32,000 nucleotides of DNA, from the NCBI RefSeq assembly GCF_007713685.1, contig NZ_VMRJ01000007.1:198969-230968 (forward strand), read 5' to 3'. Below are positions 16,004 through 24,520 of this stretch, piece by piece. Positions within the stretch are counted from its first letter, which is position 1. Each line of letters starts with the position of its first letter. The translations under genes were made by a program, and so were the position numbers. Source of the DNA: Hymenobacter setariae (lineage in GTDB: Bacteria; Bacteroidota; Bacteroidia; Cytophagales; Hymenobacteraceae). Under the pieces are notes generated by a model, which was not told the origin of the DNA, made no database searches, and saw only the letters and a program-made list of their open reading frames with translations.

Positions 16004-16552
16004 ATGTCTGATTCTTCTAATTATTTCGCCTTCTACGGCTTGCCCGAAGCTTTCTTACTCGACGAGGCAGCCCTCAAAACCAAGTATTACCAGCTCAGCC
16101 GCGAGCTGCACCCCGACTTCCACGCCCAGGATACTCCAGCGGCGCAGGCCGAGGCGCTACGCCTCTCGACTCTGAACACCGACGCCTACCGTACCCTGCA
16201 AGACCCCGATCGGCGCATGGCCTACCTCCTAGGTCTGCACGGCTTGCTCGAAGAAGGCAGCGCCCAAAACCAGCTGCCTTCTGACTTTTTGATGGAGGTA
16301 ATGGAGCTGAACGAGCAGCTGATGGAGCTGGAGTTTGAGCCCGATGCCGAGGCTACGGCCAAGCTCGCAGCTGAAGTGACTGCCCTGGCCGATACGCTCG
16401 ATGCTGGTATTCAGCCGGTACTGGCGGGCTACGCGCAACTGCCCGCCGACCACCGCCCTGCCGCCCTAGGGCAAGTGAAGACTTATTACTTAAAAAAGCG
16501 CTATCTCTTGCGGCTTCGCCAGCAATTGGCTACCTTTGCGGCCCGCTCGTGA
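16004..16552 (+). CDS. hscB: HscB-like J-domain Fe-S co-chaperone
   Basis: Starting at the Met at 16004, the sequence NYFAFYGLPEAFLLDEAALKTKYYQLSRELHPD is a J-domain with HPD, followed by a helical C-terminal domain. The 44-codon TTG extension in the track is not family-like. Confidence 0.75.
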   Translation: MSDSSNYFAFYGLPEAFLLDEAALKTKYYQLSRELHPDFHAQDTPAAQAEALRLSTLNTDAYRTLQDPDRRMAYLLGLHGLLEEGSAQNQLPSDFLMEVMELNEQLMELEFEPDAEATAKLAAEVTALADTLDAGIQPVLAGYAQLPADHRPAALGQVKTYYLKKRYLLRLRQQLATFAARS

Positions 16553-16576
16553 ATTACCGGCCGAGCGAAAGTAGTT

Positions 16577-16658
16577 GCCTGGATGGCGGAACCGGTAGAC
16601 GCGATGGTCTCAAACACCATTACCGCAAGGTGTGCCGGTTCGACTCCGGCTCCAGGTA
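16577..16658 (+). tRNA. tRNA-Leu (anticodon CAA)
   Basis: Manual cloverleaf fold: acceptor GCCTGGA/TCCAGGT (G1-U72 wobble), D arm GCGGAACCGGTAGACGC, anticodon stem ATGGT/ACCAT with loop CTCAAAC, a long variable arm, and T arm GCCGG-TTCGACT-CCGGC. The discriminator is A and CCA is not encoded. Confidence 0.9.
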
Positions 16659-16670
16659 CTAGAAATACTA

Positions 16671-16709
16671 AAAAAGGCCCTTTCTCTAATTGAAGAAAGG
16701 GCCTTTTTT
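16671..16709 (+). terminator. rho-independent terminator after tRNA-Leu
   Basis: The stem aggccctttct/agaaagggcct is followed by tttttt. Confidence 0.7.
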
Positions 16710-16786
16710 GCTTCTATGCTTATTGCGCGTGCAACTAAAACAGCTGGCAGTCACTCTTCTAATTAGTGTTTCCTCTGGCTCCCATT

Positions 16787-17212
16787 ATGCAATACACTTC
16801 TTATTGCGCGCTTGCGACGCTACTAGCCGTTGGTGCTGCTTGCCAAAAGGCGAGCGTAAGCCCTGCGGCTACCGACCAAAGGATTGTGGGCGAATGGCAC
16901 TGGGTGTCCAGCATGGGCGGGATATCGGGAAAGCAAAATCATACCCCGGCTTCGACCGGCTCGACCGATACATGGGTCCTCAAGGCGGATAGCACTTACC
17001 AGCGGCGCACCACCCAGCCGGGCGGCGCGCAAACAACGGAGACGGGCACCTTTTCGCTAGGGTCAATCAAGAGCATTTATACTGGCCAACCCGCGCGGGC
17101 ACTAACCTTGCGCAGCAAGCAGCCGCAAACATTCGTTGTCCTAGAATTAACTCCTCGACTTGTTTTGGGCGACAATTATTACGACGGTTTTGCGCATACC
17201 TATGAGCGCTGA
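16787..17212 (+). CDS. hypothetical lipoprotein
   Basis: The Met at 16787 gives MQYTSYCALATLLAVGAAC, a signal peptide with lipobox Cys. The mature part is beta-rich. No family is assigned. Confidence 0.6.
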   Translation: MQYTSYCALATLLAVGAACQKASVSPAATDQRIVGEWHWVSSMGGISGKQNHTPASTGSTDTWVLKADSTYQRRTTQPGGAQTTETGTFSLGSIKSIYTGQPARALTLRSKQPQTFVVLELTPRLVLGDNYYDGFAHTYER

Positions 17213-17250
17213 GGCTTGCGTGTGACGCAGGCTACCTCCTATCTAGGCGG

Positions 17251-18801
17251 CTACTTACTGGTCATGAGTGCGGCCATCGTCTCGATGCCATCCCAGAGGT
17301 TACCTAGGCGAATGTTCTCGTTTTCGGCGTGCTGGTTGTTGTCGTAGTTGGCCACAGGCACGGTGAGCGTAGCGGCGCCCAGCTCCTGCTTGAACACGTA
17401 GAGTGGCAGGCTACCGCCCGAGGTGGGCAACAGCACAATGGGCTGCGCTACGGTCGATTGTACGGCCTGCACTACACTGCGCGCTACGGGCGCGTCCATG
17501 GGGGTGCGCTGGGCATTGTAGCCGGTTTCGGGCGCCACGCGCACTAGGCGCGGGTGCTGAGCGCGCTCGGCATCAGTGGGCTCGGCGCGGGTCACGAAGT
17601 AGCCTTGGTGCTGAATATGACGCACTACTTTCTCGATTTGGCGCTGATAATCATTACCTAGCACCAGGCGCAGGTCGAGCATGGCCTCGGCGGTCGTCGG
17701 GATGACGTTGGCCGCCTGCGCGCCCACGTTGGCGCTGCGCAGGCCATTGATATTTAGCGAGGGCTGGTTTAGAAGCGCTACCAGCGACTGGCCCGCGCCA
17801 TCGGGCTGGGCAAAGCCCAGCTCGCGCTGCAAGTTGGCCTCCACGGCGGGCACGCGTCGCACGGCCTCTAGCTCAGCCGCAGTGAGGGGCACTACATCAT
17901 CGTAGAAGCCGGCGATGGTGACGCGGCCAGTGCTGTCTTTCATAGAGGCCAGTAGCTGGGCCAGCCCTAGGGCGGGATTGGGTGCCCAGTTGCCGTAGTG
18001 ACCACTGTGCAGCGGGCGCTTGGGGCCATACACGGTGAGACCGACGTTGACATCGCCACGGGCGCCGAACACCACCTGCTTGCGGCCCGACTGGTGCACC
18101 GGACCATCGCAGATTATCCAGAGGTCCGACTTCAATAGGTCGCGGTGCTGGTGCAGCAGCTCGGCCAAGTGCGGCGAGCCTTTTTCCTCTTCGCCTTCGA
18201 AGAAGAATTTGAGATTAACAGTGGGCTTGATGCGGCGCTGGGCTAGGGCTTGGTAAGCTGCCAGAATGCTCATTACCCCAGCCTTATCGTCGGAACTGCC
18301 GCGGGCGTAGAGACGCCAGTCGGGATTGAGTGGGGTGCCGGGCGCGGGAAGTGGCAGCAGTTGGCCGCCGCTGGCCAATGAACCGCTGGCCAACACGGGC
18401 TTAAACGGGCTCAGGCCGGGCGCCCACTGGGCGGGGTTCACGGGCTGGCCATCGTAATGGGCGTAGAACACCAGCGTGCGAGTGGCGCCCGGCACGCGCA
18501 CCTCGCCAAACACAGCGGGCGGCACGCCGGGCGTGGTGGTCCGCAGCAATTGCACGTTGGCCAAGCCGCGCTGGCGCATCATGTCGGCGATGATAATGGC
18601 CGTGCGACGCAGCCCCGCGCTGTCGGCCGCCACGCTCGGAATGGCTAGCAGCCGCAGGTATTCGGCCAGAAGTTCGTGCTCGTGCTGCTGGCGGTACTGC
18701 CGCACCTGCTGCAAGATGGTAGCGGCCGGCACAGCTGCCAGCAAGAGCCCTAGGATAGTTACTACGCCGAGCAAACGGCCAAACGAGCAGGAGTGCTTCA
18801 T
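17251..18801 (-). CDS. M20 family metallopeptidase/dipeptidase (secreted)
   Basis: Contains AHYDGQP, RGSSDDKAG and FFFEGEEEKGS metal/catalytic motifs. A signal peptide starts at the Met at 18801 (MKHSCSFGRLLGVVTILGLLLAA). The 87 extra codons in the track read through a palindromic repeat. Confidence 0.85.
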   Translation of the reverse strand: MKHSCSFGRLLGVVTILGLLLAAVPAATILQQVRQYRQQHEHELLAEYLRLLAIPSVAADSAGLRRTAIIIADMMRQRGLANVQLLRTTTPGVPPAVFGEVRVPGATRTLVFYAHYDGQPVNPAQWAPGLSPFKPVLASGSLASGGQLLPLPAPGTPLNPDWRLYARGSSDDKAGVMSILAAYQALAQRRIKPTVNLKFFFEGEEEKGSPHLAELLHQHRDLLKSDLWIICDGPVHQSGRKQVVFGARGDVNVGLTVYGPKRPLHSGHYGNWAPNPALGLAQLLASMKDSTGRVTIAGFYDDVVPLTAAELEAVRRVPAVEANLQRELGFAQPDGAGQSLVALLNQPSLNINGLRSANVGAQAANVIPTTAEAMLDLRLVLGNDYQRQIEKVVRHIQHQGYFVTRAEPTDAERAQHPRLVRVAPETGYNAQRTPMDAPVARSVVQAVQSTVAQPIVLLPTSGGSLPLYVFKQELGAATLTVPVANYDNNQHAENENIRLGNLWDGIETMAALMTSK

Positions 18802-18868
18802 GCACCCAAGTAAGGCGATAGAAACCGAAAGGCAGTAGTGACTACATCTGTAGTCACTTGGCTGCTGT

Positions 18869-18980
18869 GTGACCCCACCCCCGGCCCCTCCCCTCCGGGA
18901 GAGGGGTGCCAACCGCAAATAGACGTTGGCAAACGTCAGGCACCCCTCTCCCGGAGGGGAGGGGCCGGGGGTGGGGTCAC
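18869..18980. repeat. GC-rich palindromic repeat element, copy 1 (REP/MITE-like)
   Basis: Perfect 42-nt inverted arms (gtgaccccacccccggcccctcccctccgggagaggggtgcc and its exact reverse complement) flank a 28-nt loop. A related copy lies at 27719-27825. Confidence 0.8.
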
Positions 18981-19127
18981 ACGTCCACCGAGCCAGGCCT
19001 ACACAAAATTCGAGACTTGCTTTAACCGCCAATAATTGACACCACCATTCACATTTTTTCACGTCATTTGGTGCTGGCTGGCGCGTGGGTTTTCAGCGGT
19101 TGGTTACGCACGCCCAGCATCCCTCCT

Positions 19128-20216
19128 ATGGCTTCATCTCGACTCGCGTTTTTCCTGCTTTGCTGGCTGGTGCTGCCCCTAGGTGGTCGGGCGCAGGCGG
19201 CGTACCCCACGCCGGTACCCGGCGATTTTACGCTGAATAATTTTCGCTTTGTGAGCGGCGAAACGCTGCCCGCGTTGCGCCAGCACTACACCACTGTTGG
19301 GCAACCTAAGCGCGATAAAGCCGGCCACGTTACCAACGCAGTGCTCATCATGCACGGCACCACGGGCGCGGGCACCAGCTTCTTGACCGACCTATTTGCC
19401 GGGCACTTGTTTGGGCCGGGGCAACCGCTGGATGCGGCCAAGTACTACGTCATCTTGCCCGATGCCATCGGCCACGGCAAGTCGAGCAAGCCCAGCAACG
19501 GGCTGCGCATGAAATTTCCGAAATACACCTACGACGACATGGTGATAGCCAACTATCGCCTGCTAACCGAGCACCTCGGCGTGGCCCATTTACGCCTGGT
19601 GATGGGCACCTCGATGGGCGGCATGGAAACCTGGGTATGGGGCTACACCTACCCCGGCTTTATGGATGCCCTGCTGCCCCTGGCCAGCCTGCCCGTGGAG
19701 ATAGCCGGCCGCAACCGCATGCTGCGCAAAATGGCCATCGACCTGATACAGATGGACCCCGCCTGGCAAGGCGGCAACTACACCACCCAGCCCAAAGTGG
19801 GCCTGGCCGGCGCTTCCTCCTCGATGATAGTGATGGGCAGCAGCCCCAAGCAAATGCAAAAGCTGGCGCCCACACGCGAGTTGGCCGAGGCCACCCTTGC
19901 CAAGACCGAAGCCAACTTCTACCGCACGCTCGACGCCAACGACTTTATCTACCAGTTCGACGCTTCACGCGATTACAACCCCGCCCCGCACCTAGGGAGC
20001 ATCAAGGCGCCGCTGTTTGCCATCAACTCAGCCGACGACCAGGTGAACCCGCCTGAGCTAGGTATTCTGGATGTCGAGATTAAGAAGGTATCCAAGGGCC
20101 GCTACATTTTGCTGCCCATCACGGACCTCACTACTGGGCACGGCACCCACTCCAACCCCGCCATTTGGGGCAGCTATTTGCAAGAATTGTTGGCCCTGAC
20201 CGATAAGCCGCAATAG
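19128..20216 (+). CDS. secreted alpha/beta hydrolase, homoserine O-acetyltransferase (MetX)-like fold
   Basis: The Met at 19128 gives a signal peptide (MASSRLAFFLLCWLVLPLGGRAQA). It has the HGTTG oxyanion region, the nucleophile elbow GTSMGG and a C-terminal GH. Confidence 0.8.
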   Translation: MASSRLAFFLLCWLVLPLGGRAQAAYPTPVPGDFTLNNFRFVSGETLPALRQHYTTVGQPKRDKAGHVTNAVLIMHGTTGAGTSFLTDLFAGHLFGPGQPLDAAKYYVILPDAIGHGKSSKPSNGLRMKFPKYTYDDMVIANYRLLTEHLGVAHLRLVMGTSMGGMETWVWGYTYPGFMDALLPLASLPVEIAGRNRMLRKMAIDLIQMDPAWQGGNYTTQPKVGLAGASSSMIVMGSSPKQMQKLAPTRELAEATLAKTEANFYRTLDANDFIYQFDASRDYNPAPHLGSIKAPLFAINSADDQVNPPELGILDVEIKKVSKGRYILLPITDLTTGHGTHSNPAIWGSYLQELLALTDKPQ

Positions 20217-20250
20217 GCTACCTGGCAACTCACGCCGCCCTAGGTCCCCC

Positions 20251-20287
20251 GCCCCACCCTTTTCAGCGAAAGGGGGTGGGGCTTTTT
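20251..20287 (+). terminator. rho-independent terminator
   Basis: The 9-bp stem gccccaccc (20251-20259) with gggtggggc (20274-20282) is followed by tttttgg. Confidence 0.6.
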
Positions 20288-20428
20288 GGTAGCTCTCGGG
20301 TGCGCAGGAAACTGGCGCCAACTCCTTCGTAAGCACGGGTTTTTATTTCTTAGGCATATACAGTATCACTATTTCTAAAATTAGCTATACCTTACAAATG
20401 AAAATATATCTTCTCATAATCCCACCCA

Positions 20429-22408
20429 TTGCTTATGGCCACTTCGACTTCTACTCCTAAGATAAAAGTGGCCGTGCTGGGCGGCGGTGTGGCCGGCATG
20501 AGCGCCGCTCACGAGCTGGCCGAGCGAGGCTTTGCGGTGGATGTGTACGAGCGGCAGCCGGTGTACGTGGGCGGCAAAGCGCGCTCGGTAGACGTGCCCT
20601 TTGACAAGCTGCTGCACCTAGGCGAAACTGCCCTGCCCCCGGCGCCCAGCCCCGGCGACGCGCGCCGCCCCGACCTGCCGGGCGAGCACGGGTTTCGCTT
20701 TTTTCCGGGCTTTTACAAGCACATCACCGACACCATGAAGCGCATTCCCTACGGTACTAATCCGCAAGGGGTGTTCGACAATTTGGTGTCGTCGCAGCGG
20801 GTACTGCTGGCGCGGTTTGGCCAGGCACCCTTGCCAGCGCTGGTCAATTTTCCGAAGACCTGCGCCGACCTCGAAACCATTGTGCAGGACCTGACCCAGG
20901 CGCACACTGGGCTCACGGCCGCCGACAAAAAGCTGTTTGCCCGCAACCTGTGGCAGATTCTGACTTCTAGCTACGAGCGCCGCCAGCAGGTGTACGAGCG
21001 CCAAAGCTGGTGGGACTTCATGCAAACCGACGCCGAGCGCCACCGCGACTCGCTGCCGCCCTTGGCACCACTGCGCCCCGTCGCGCCCGCCGACGGCAAC
21101 CTAGGAGCGCCGGCCAGTACCAAGCCCGGCGTGCCTTTTCCCTACGAAGTGTACTGTGTGGGCGGCCTCACGCGCTCGCTGGTGGCGGCCCAGCCCAAGC
21201 TGATGAGCGTGAAAACCGGGGGCGACATTTTGCTGCAATTGCTGCTGCTCATCGGTGACCCCACGGCCCACACCGACCGCATTCTCAACGGACCTACCAA
21301 TGAGGTATGGCTTAAGCCCTGGCTGGACTACCTGACCACCCTAGGCGTGCGCTACCACCACCACCGCTACGCCACGCGCTTCGAGTGCGACCCCGATACG
21401 CGCCGCATCACGGCCGCCTTTGTGCGCCCCGACGTGGGCGATGCCGAAGAGCGCATCGAGGCCGATTACTACGTGGCCGCCGTACCCGTGGAGCAGATGG
21501 CCCAGGTGCTCAAAAACAGCCCCGACCTGCTGAAGATAGACGCCACGCTGGGCTTTATCGAGAAGCTGGCGGCCCCCGGCACCAAGGCCCTGAACTGGAT
21601 GAACGGCATCCAGTTTTACCTTAACCAAGACGTGCCGCTGGCGCCGGGCCACATCATTTGTCTCGACTCGCCGTGGGCGGTCACGGCTATTTCGCAGGCG
21701 CAATTTTGGCCGCAGCACCCGCTCAGCAGCTACGGCAACGGTGAGGTGAAGGGCCTGCTGTCGGTGGACGTCAGCAACTGGTTTGAGAAGGGCCTGAATC
21801 ATAAATCGGCCGAGAAGTGCACCCTGCCCGAAATAGTGCGCGAGGTGTGGGCCGAGCTCAAGAAAAGCCTGACGCAGGCCAACGGCGAGTGCCTGCTCAC
21901 CGACGAGATGTGCGTGGGCTGCTACGTCGATTCGGACATCGAGACCGGCACTAACCAACCGCTGCCACCGCCCATCAAAAGCCCCTTCGTGGCCGACCAC
22001 AACACTGAGCCGCTGCTCGTGAACACGGCCAACTCGTGGAGCCTGCGCCCCGAGAGCTTTTGCGGCGTCGAAAACCTATTTCTGGCTTCCGATTACGTGC
22101 GCACCAACACCGACCTGGCTACTATGGAAGGCGCCAACGAGGCCGCCCGCCGCGCTGTCAATGGCATTATCGCGGCCAGCGGCAGCGGGGCGCCGTTCTG
22201 CCAGATTTGGCAGCTGCACGAGCCCGACGTGCTGGCCGTGCTGCGCTGGCGCGACCGCCGGCGCTTTGCCAAGGGCCTGCCCTGGAGCGATGCCCTAGGT
22301 GACCTCCCCACCCGCCTGTTGCACGAGGCCAACTACTGGTGGCAGCACCTGCGCCGCCCGGCGCGGCGCCCGGCCGCCGCCGTTGCCAGCACCCTTTCGC
22401 CCGCTTAA
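20429..22408 (+). CDS. FAD-dependent oxidoreductase of the amine oxidase / phytoene desaturase (CrtI-PDS) superfamily, 659 aa
   Basis: The N-terminal motif is KVAVLGGGVAGMSAAHELAERGFAVDVYE....VGGKA. The C-terminal FAD motif is LFLASDYVRTNTDLATMEGANEAARRAVNGI. A long central insertion includes a Pro-rich low-complexity stretch. Confidence 0.85.
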   Translation: MLMATSTSTPKIKVAVLGGGVAGMSAAHELAERGFAVDVYERQPVYVGGKARSVDVPFDKLLHLGETALPPAPSPGDARRPDLPGEHGFRFFPGFYKHITDTMKRIPYGTNPQGVFDNLVSSQRVLLARFGQAPLPALVNFPKTCADLETIVQDLTQAHTGLTAADKKLFARNLWQILTSSYERRQQVYERQSWWDFMQTDAERHRDSLPPLAPLRPVAPADGNLGAPASTKPGVPFPYEVYCVGGLTRSLVAAQPKLMSVKTGGDILLQLLLLIGDPTAHTDRILNGPTNEVWLKPWLDYLTTLGVRYHHHRYATRFECDPDTRRITAAFVRPDVGDAEERIEADYYVAAVPVEQMAQVLKNSPDLLKIDATLGFIEKLAAPGTKALNWMNGIQFYLNQDVPLAPGHIICLDSPWAVTAISQAQFWPQHPLSSYGNGEVKGLLSVDVSNWFEKGLNHKSAEKCTLPEIVREVWAELKKSLTQANGECLLTDEMCVGCYVDSDIETGTNQPLPPPIKSPFVADHNTEPLLVNTANSWSLRPESFCGVENLFLASDYVRTNTDLATMEGANEAARRAVNGIIAASGSGAPFCQIWQLHEPDVLAVLRWRDRRRFAKGLPWSDALGDLPTRLLHEANYWWQHLRRPARRPAAAVASTLSPA

Positions 22409-22420
22409 TCTTCGCCCGCC

Positions 22421-23098
22421 GTGCTTGCCGTTATCCTCAATCTCAAAGATTATACGCCCTTCGAGCACGTGTGCTTTGCGGGGGGCTGCCTGCTGTGGGT
22501 GGTCGTGTACGTGTTCACTATTCGCGGCATCCGCACCCGGCAGTTTGTCGATATTCCTATCATTTCGGGCTGCGCCAATATTGCCTGGGAGTTCTTGTGG
22601 AGCTGGGTGTTTCACACCGACATGGGCGAGCTGTACGTGTGGGGCTACCGAGCCTGGTTTTTTCTGGATTGCTACATCGTGTACGGGTTTTTCCGCTACG
22701 GCTACAAGCAGATTCTCATTGCGCCGCTGGCCCGGCACGCGCGGCTGGTGCTGGCCTGCGGCATCGTGGGCTGGGGCGTGATGCTGTACTTCTACATCAA
22801 GCTCTACGATGCGCCCATCAGCCACATGGGCGCCTATTCGGGCTACATTCTCAGCATCTTGATGGGCATGCTCTACCTCACGCTTTTCTTGAGTATGAAC
22901 AACCTAGGGCTGTTTTCCTACACCTCAGTGTGGTGCGCGGGGCTCGGCAATTTACTCGTGACGCTGTTCTGCTTTTCGCATTTCACCGACTGGTTTTTGC
23001 TGTCGATGTGCGCCTTCACCACGCTGCTCAATGCGGCCTACATTGCCATCTTCACCCTGCAACGCAGCCAGCCCGCCGCGCAGCTAGCCACCGTATGA
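22421..23098 (+). CDS. polytopic membrane protein with a Pyr4/PaxB-like transmembrane terpene cyclase signature (putative)
   Basis: It has a GTG start 12 nt after the upstream stop. It is 225 aa with about 7 hydrophobic segments. IPIISGCANIAWEFLWS resembles, as I recall them, the conserved C-x-N-[IF]-A-W-E segment containing the catalytic Glu of fungal Pyr4/PaxB membrane cyclases. Confidence 0.6.
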   Translation: MLAVILNLKDYTPFEHVCFAGGCLLWVVVYVFTIRGIRTRQFVDIPIISGCANIAWEFLWSWVFHTDMGELYVWGYRAWFFLDCYIVYGFFRYGYKQILIAPLARHARLVLACGIVGWGVMLYFYIKLYDAPISHMGAYSGYILSILMGMLYLTLFLSMNNLGLFSYTSVWCAGLGNLLVTLFCFSHFTDWFLLSMCAFTTLLNAAYIAIFTLQRSQPAAQLATV

Positions 23099-24498
23099 GC
23101 GAGCGCACCCGCTGGGAAAAATACCTGTGGCACCCCCTAGGGTTTAAGGGGCTGAGCGAAGAGGAGTTTAAGCAACGCACCACGGCGGTGCGGCTCACGC
23201 TGTTTACGCTGCTGGGGGCCCTGCCCTACTCCATGCTCTATGCGTGGCTGGGGTTTCCGCTGGCGCCCATCGCTACGTTTATCTACGTAGGGTTTTCGGC
23301 GCTCAATCTGCTGGTGCTGTTCATCACCAAGCGCTACACGTTTTTCACCACTACGCAGCTGGTTTTTATTATCCTGAACCCCATTATGGCGCACGTGGCC
23401 ATCGGGGGGTTTATCGACAGCAGCGGCATCATTTTGTCGGCTATTCTGAGTCCGCTGGGGGCGTTGCTATTCACCAATTACCGCACGGCGCGCATCTATT
23501 TTTTCCTGTTTGTAGCCGATGTGGTGCTGGCTGGCGTCTGGGACTGGCAACACCTCGACCAGCAACCTAGGCTGCCTAAGGAGGTGCGCACTATCAGCTT
23601 CGTATCCAACATGCTCATCATCTGCTTGGTGGTGTATTTGCTGATTGAGGACACGCTGAAGAAGAAAGAGCAGGCCCAACAGCAACTCCAAAAATCGCTC
23701 GACCACCTACAAGCCACGCAGGCCCAGCTGGTGCAGCGCGAAAAAATGGCGAGCCTGGGCGAACTCACGGCCGGCATCGCGCACGAAATTCAAAACCCGC
23801 TCAACTTCGTCAACAACTTCGCCGAGGTCAGCGCCGAGCTGCTCGACGAGCTAGAAGAAGAGCAGCAGAAGCCCCAGCGCGACGCCTCCCTGGAAGCCGA
23901 GCTGCTGGCCGACGTGCAGCAGAACCTGCACAAAATCAGCCAGCACGGGCAGCGGGCGGGCAGCATTGTGCGGGCCATGCTCGAGCATAGCCGCAGCAGC
24001 ACCGGCGAGCGCCAGCCCACCGACCTCAACGCCCTCGCCGACGAATACCTGCGCCTAGCCTACCACGGCCTGCGGGCCAAAGACAAACTTTTCAACGCTA
24101 CCCTCGCCCTCGACTTGGCGCCCGACCTGCCCCTGGTATTAGGCGCCGGGGCCGACCTAGGACGCGTGCTGCTCAATCTATTCAACAATGCTTTCTACGC
24201 CGTGCACCAGCGCCAGCAGGCCGGCGAGCCCGACTACGCGCCCACCGTGGGCGTGGCCACGCGGGCCGTGGGCAACCGCGTAGAAGTGCGCGTACACGAC
24301 AACGGCGCGGGCATTCCGGCCAACATACAGGCCAAAATATTCCAGCCCTTTTTCACCACTAAGCCTACGGGCGAGGGCACCGGCCTGGGCCTTTCGCTCA
24401 CTCACGACATTATTGTAAACGGCCACGGCGGCACGCTTACGGTCGAAAGTCAAGTGGGGGTGGGTACTACGTTTGCCATTACGCTGCCAGGCACCTAG
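23095..24498 (+). CDS. sensor histidine kinase with a membrane-embedded multi-TM N-terminal sensor
   Basis: Its start ATG overlaps the upstream TGA (ATGA at 23095-23098). It has about six TM segments and a coiled coil (KKKEQAQQQLQKSLDHLQATQAQLVQ). The H-box is AGIAHEIQNPLNF. The N box is LLNLFNNAFYA, and the G boxes are DNGAGI and GEGTGLGLS. Confidence 0.85.
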   Translation: MSERTRWEKYLWHPLGFKGLSEEEFKQRTTAVRLTLFTLLGALPYSMLYAWLGFPLAPIATFIYVGFSALNLLVLFITKRYTFFTTTQLVFIILNPIMAHVAIGGFIDSSGIILSAILSPLGALLFTNYRTARIYFFLFVADVVLAGVWDWQHLDQQPRLPKEVRTISFVSNMLIICLVVYLLIEDTLKKKEQAQQQLQKSLDHLQATQAQLVQREKMASLGELTAGIAHEIQNPLNFVNNFAEVSAELLDELEEEQQKPQRDASLEAELLADVQQNLHKISQHGQRAGSIVRAMLEHSRSSTGERQPTDLNALADEYLRLAYHGLRAKDKLFNATLALDLAPDLPLVLGAGADLGRVLLNLFNNAFYAVHQRQQAGEPDYAPTVGVATRAVGNRVEVRVHDNGAGIPANIQAKIFQPFFTTKPTGEGTGLGLSLTHDIIVNGHGGTLTVESQVGVGTTFAITLPGT

Positions 24499-24520
24499 GT
24501 GCCTGGCCAACACCTAGCCT

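Noticed and set aside
16553-17250. tRNA-Leu as an integration hotspot or genomic-island boundary
   Set aside because: No integrase, direct repeat of the tRNA 3' end, or compositional shift follows the tRNA. The next gene is an ordinary lipoprotein with host-like G+C.
18802-19062. 87-codon N-terminal extension of the M20 peptidase ORF
   Set aside because: The extension reads straight through the 112-bp palindromic repeat (PTPGPSPPGEG... / ...RRGGAGGG). The signal peptide begins at the internal Met at 18801.
21341-22825. Long minus-strand ORFs 21341..22000 (219 aa) and 22295..22825 (176 aa)
   Set aside because: Both are antisense to well-supported plus-strand genes. They have His/Arg/Gly/Ala-rich low-information translations, as expected for shadow ORFs in GC-rich DNA.
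22339-23094. N-terminal 252 codons of the 719-aa track ORF 22339..24498
   Set aside because: This part is out of frame over the cyclase-like gene and Arg/His/Ala-rich with no domain. The histidine kinase begins convincingly at the Met at 23095 (ATGA overlap).
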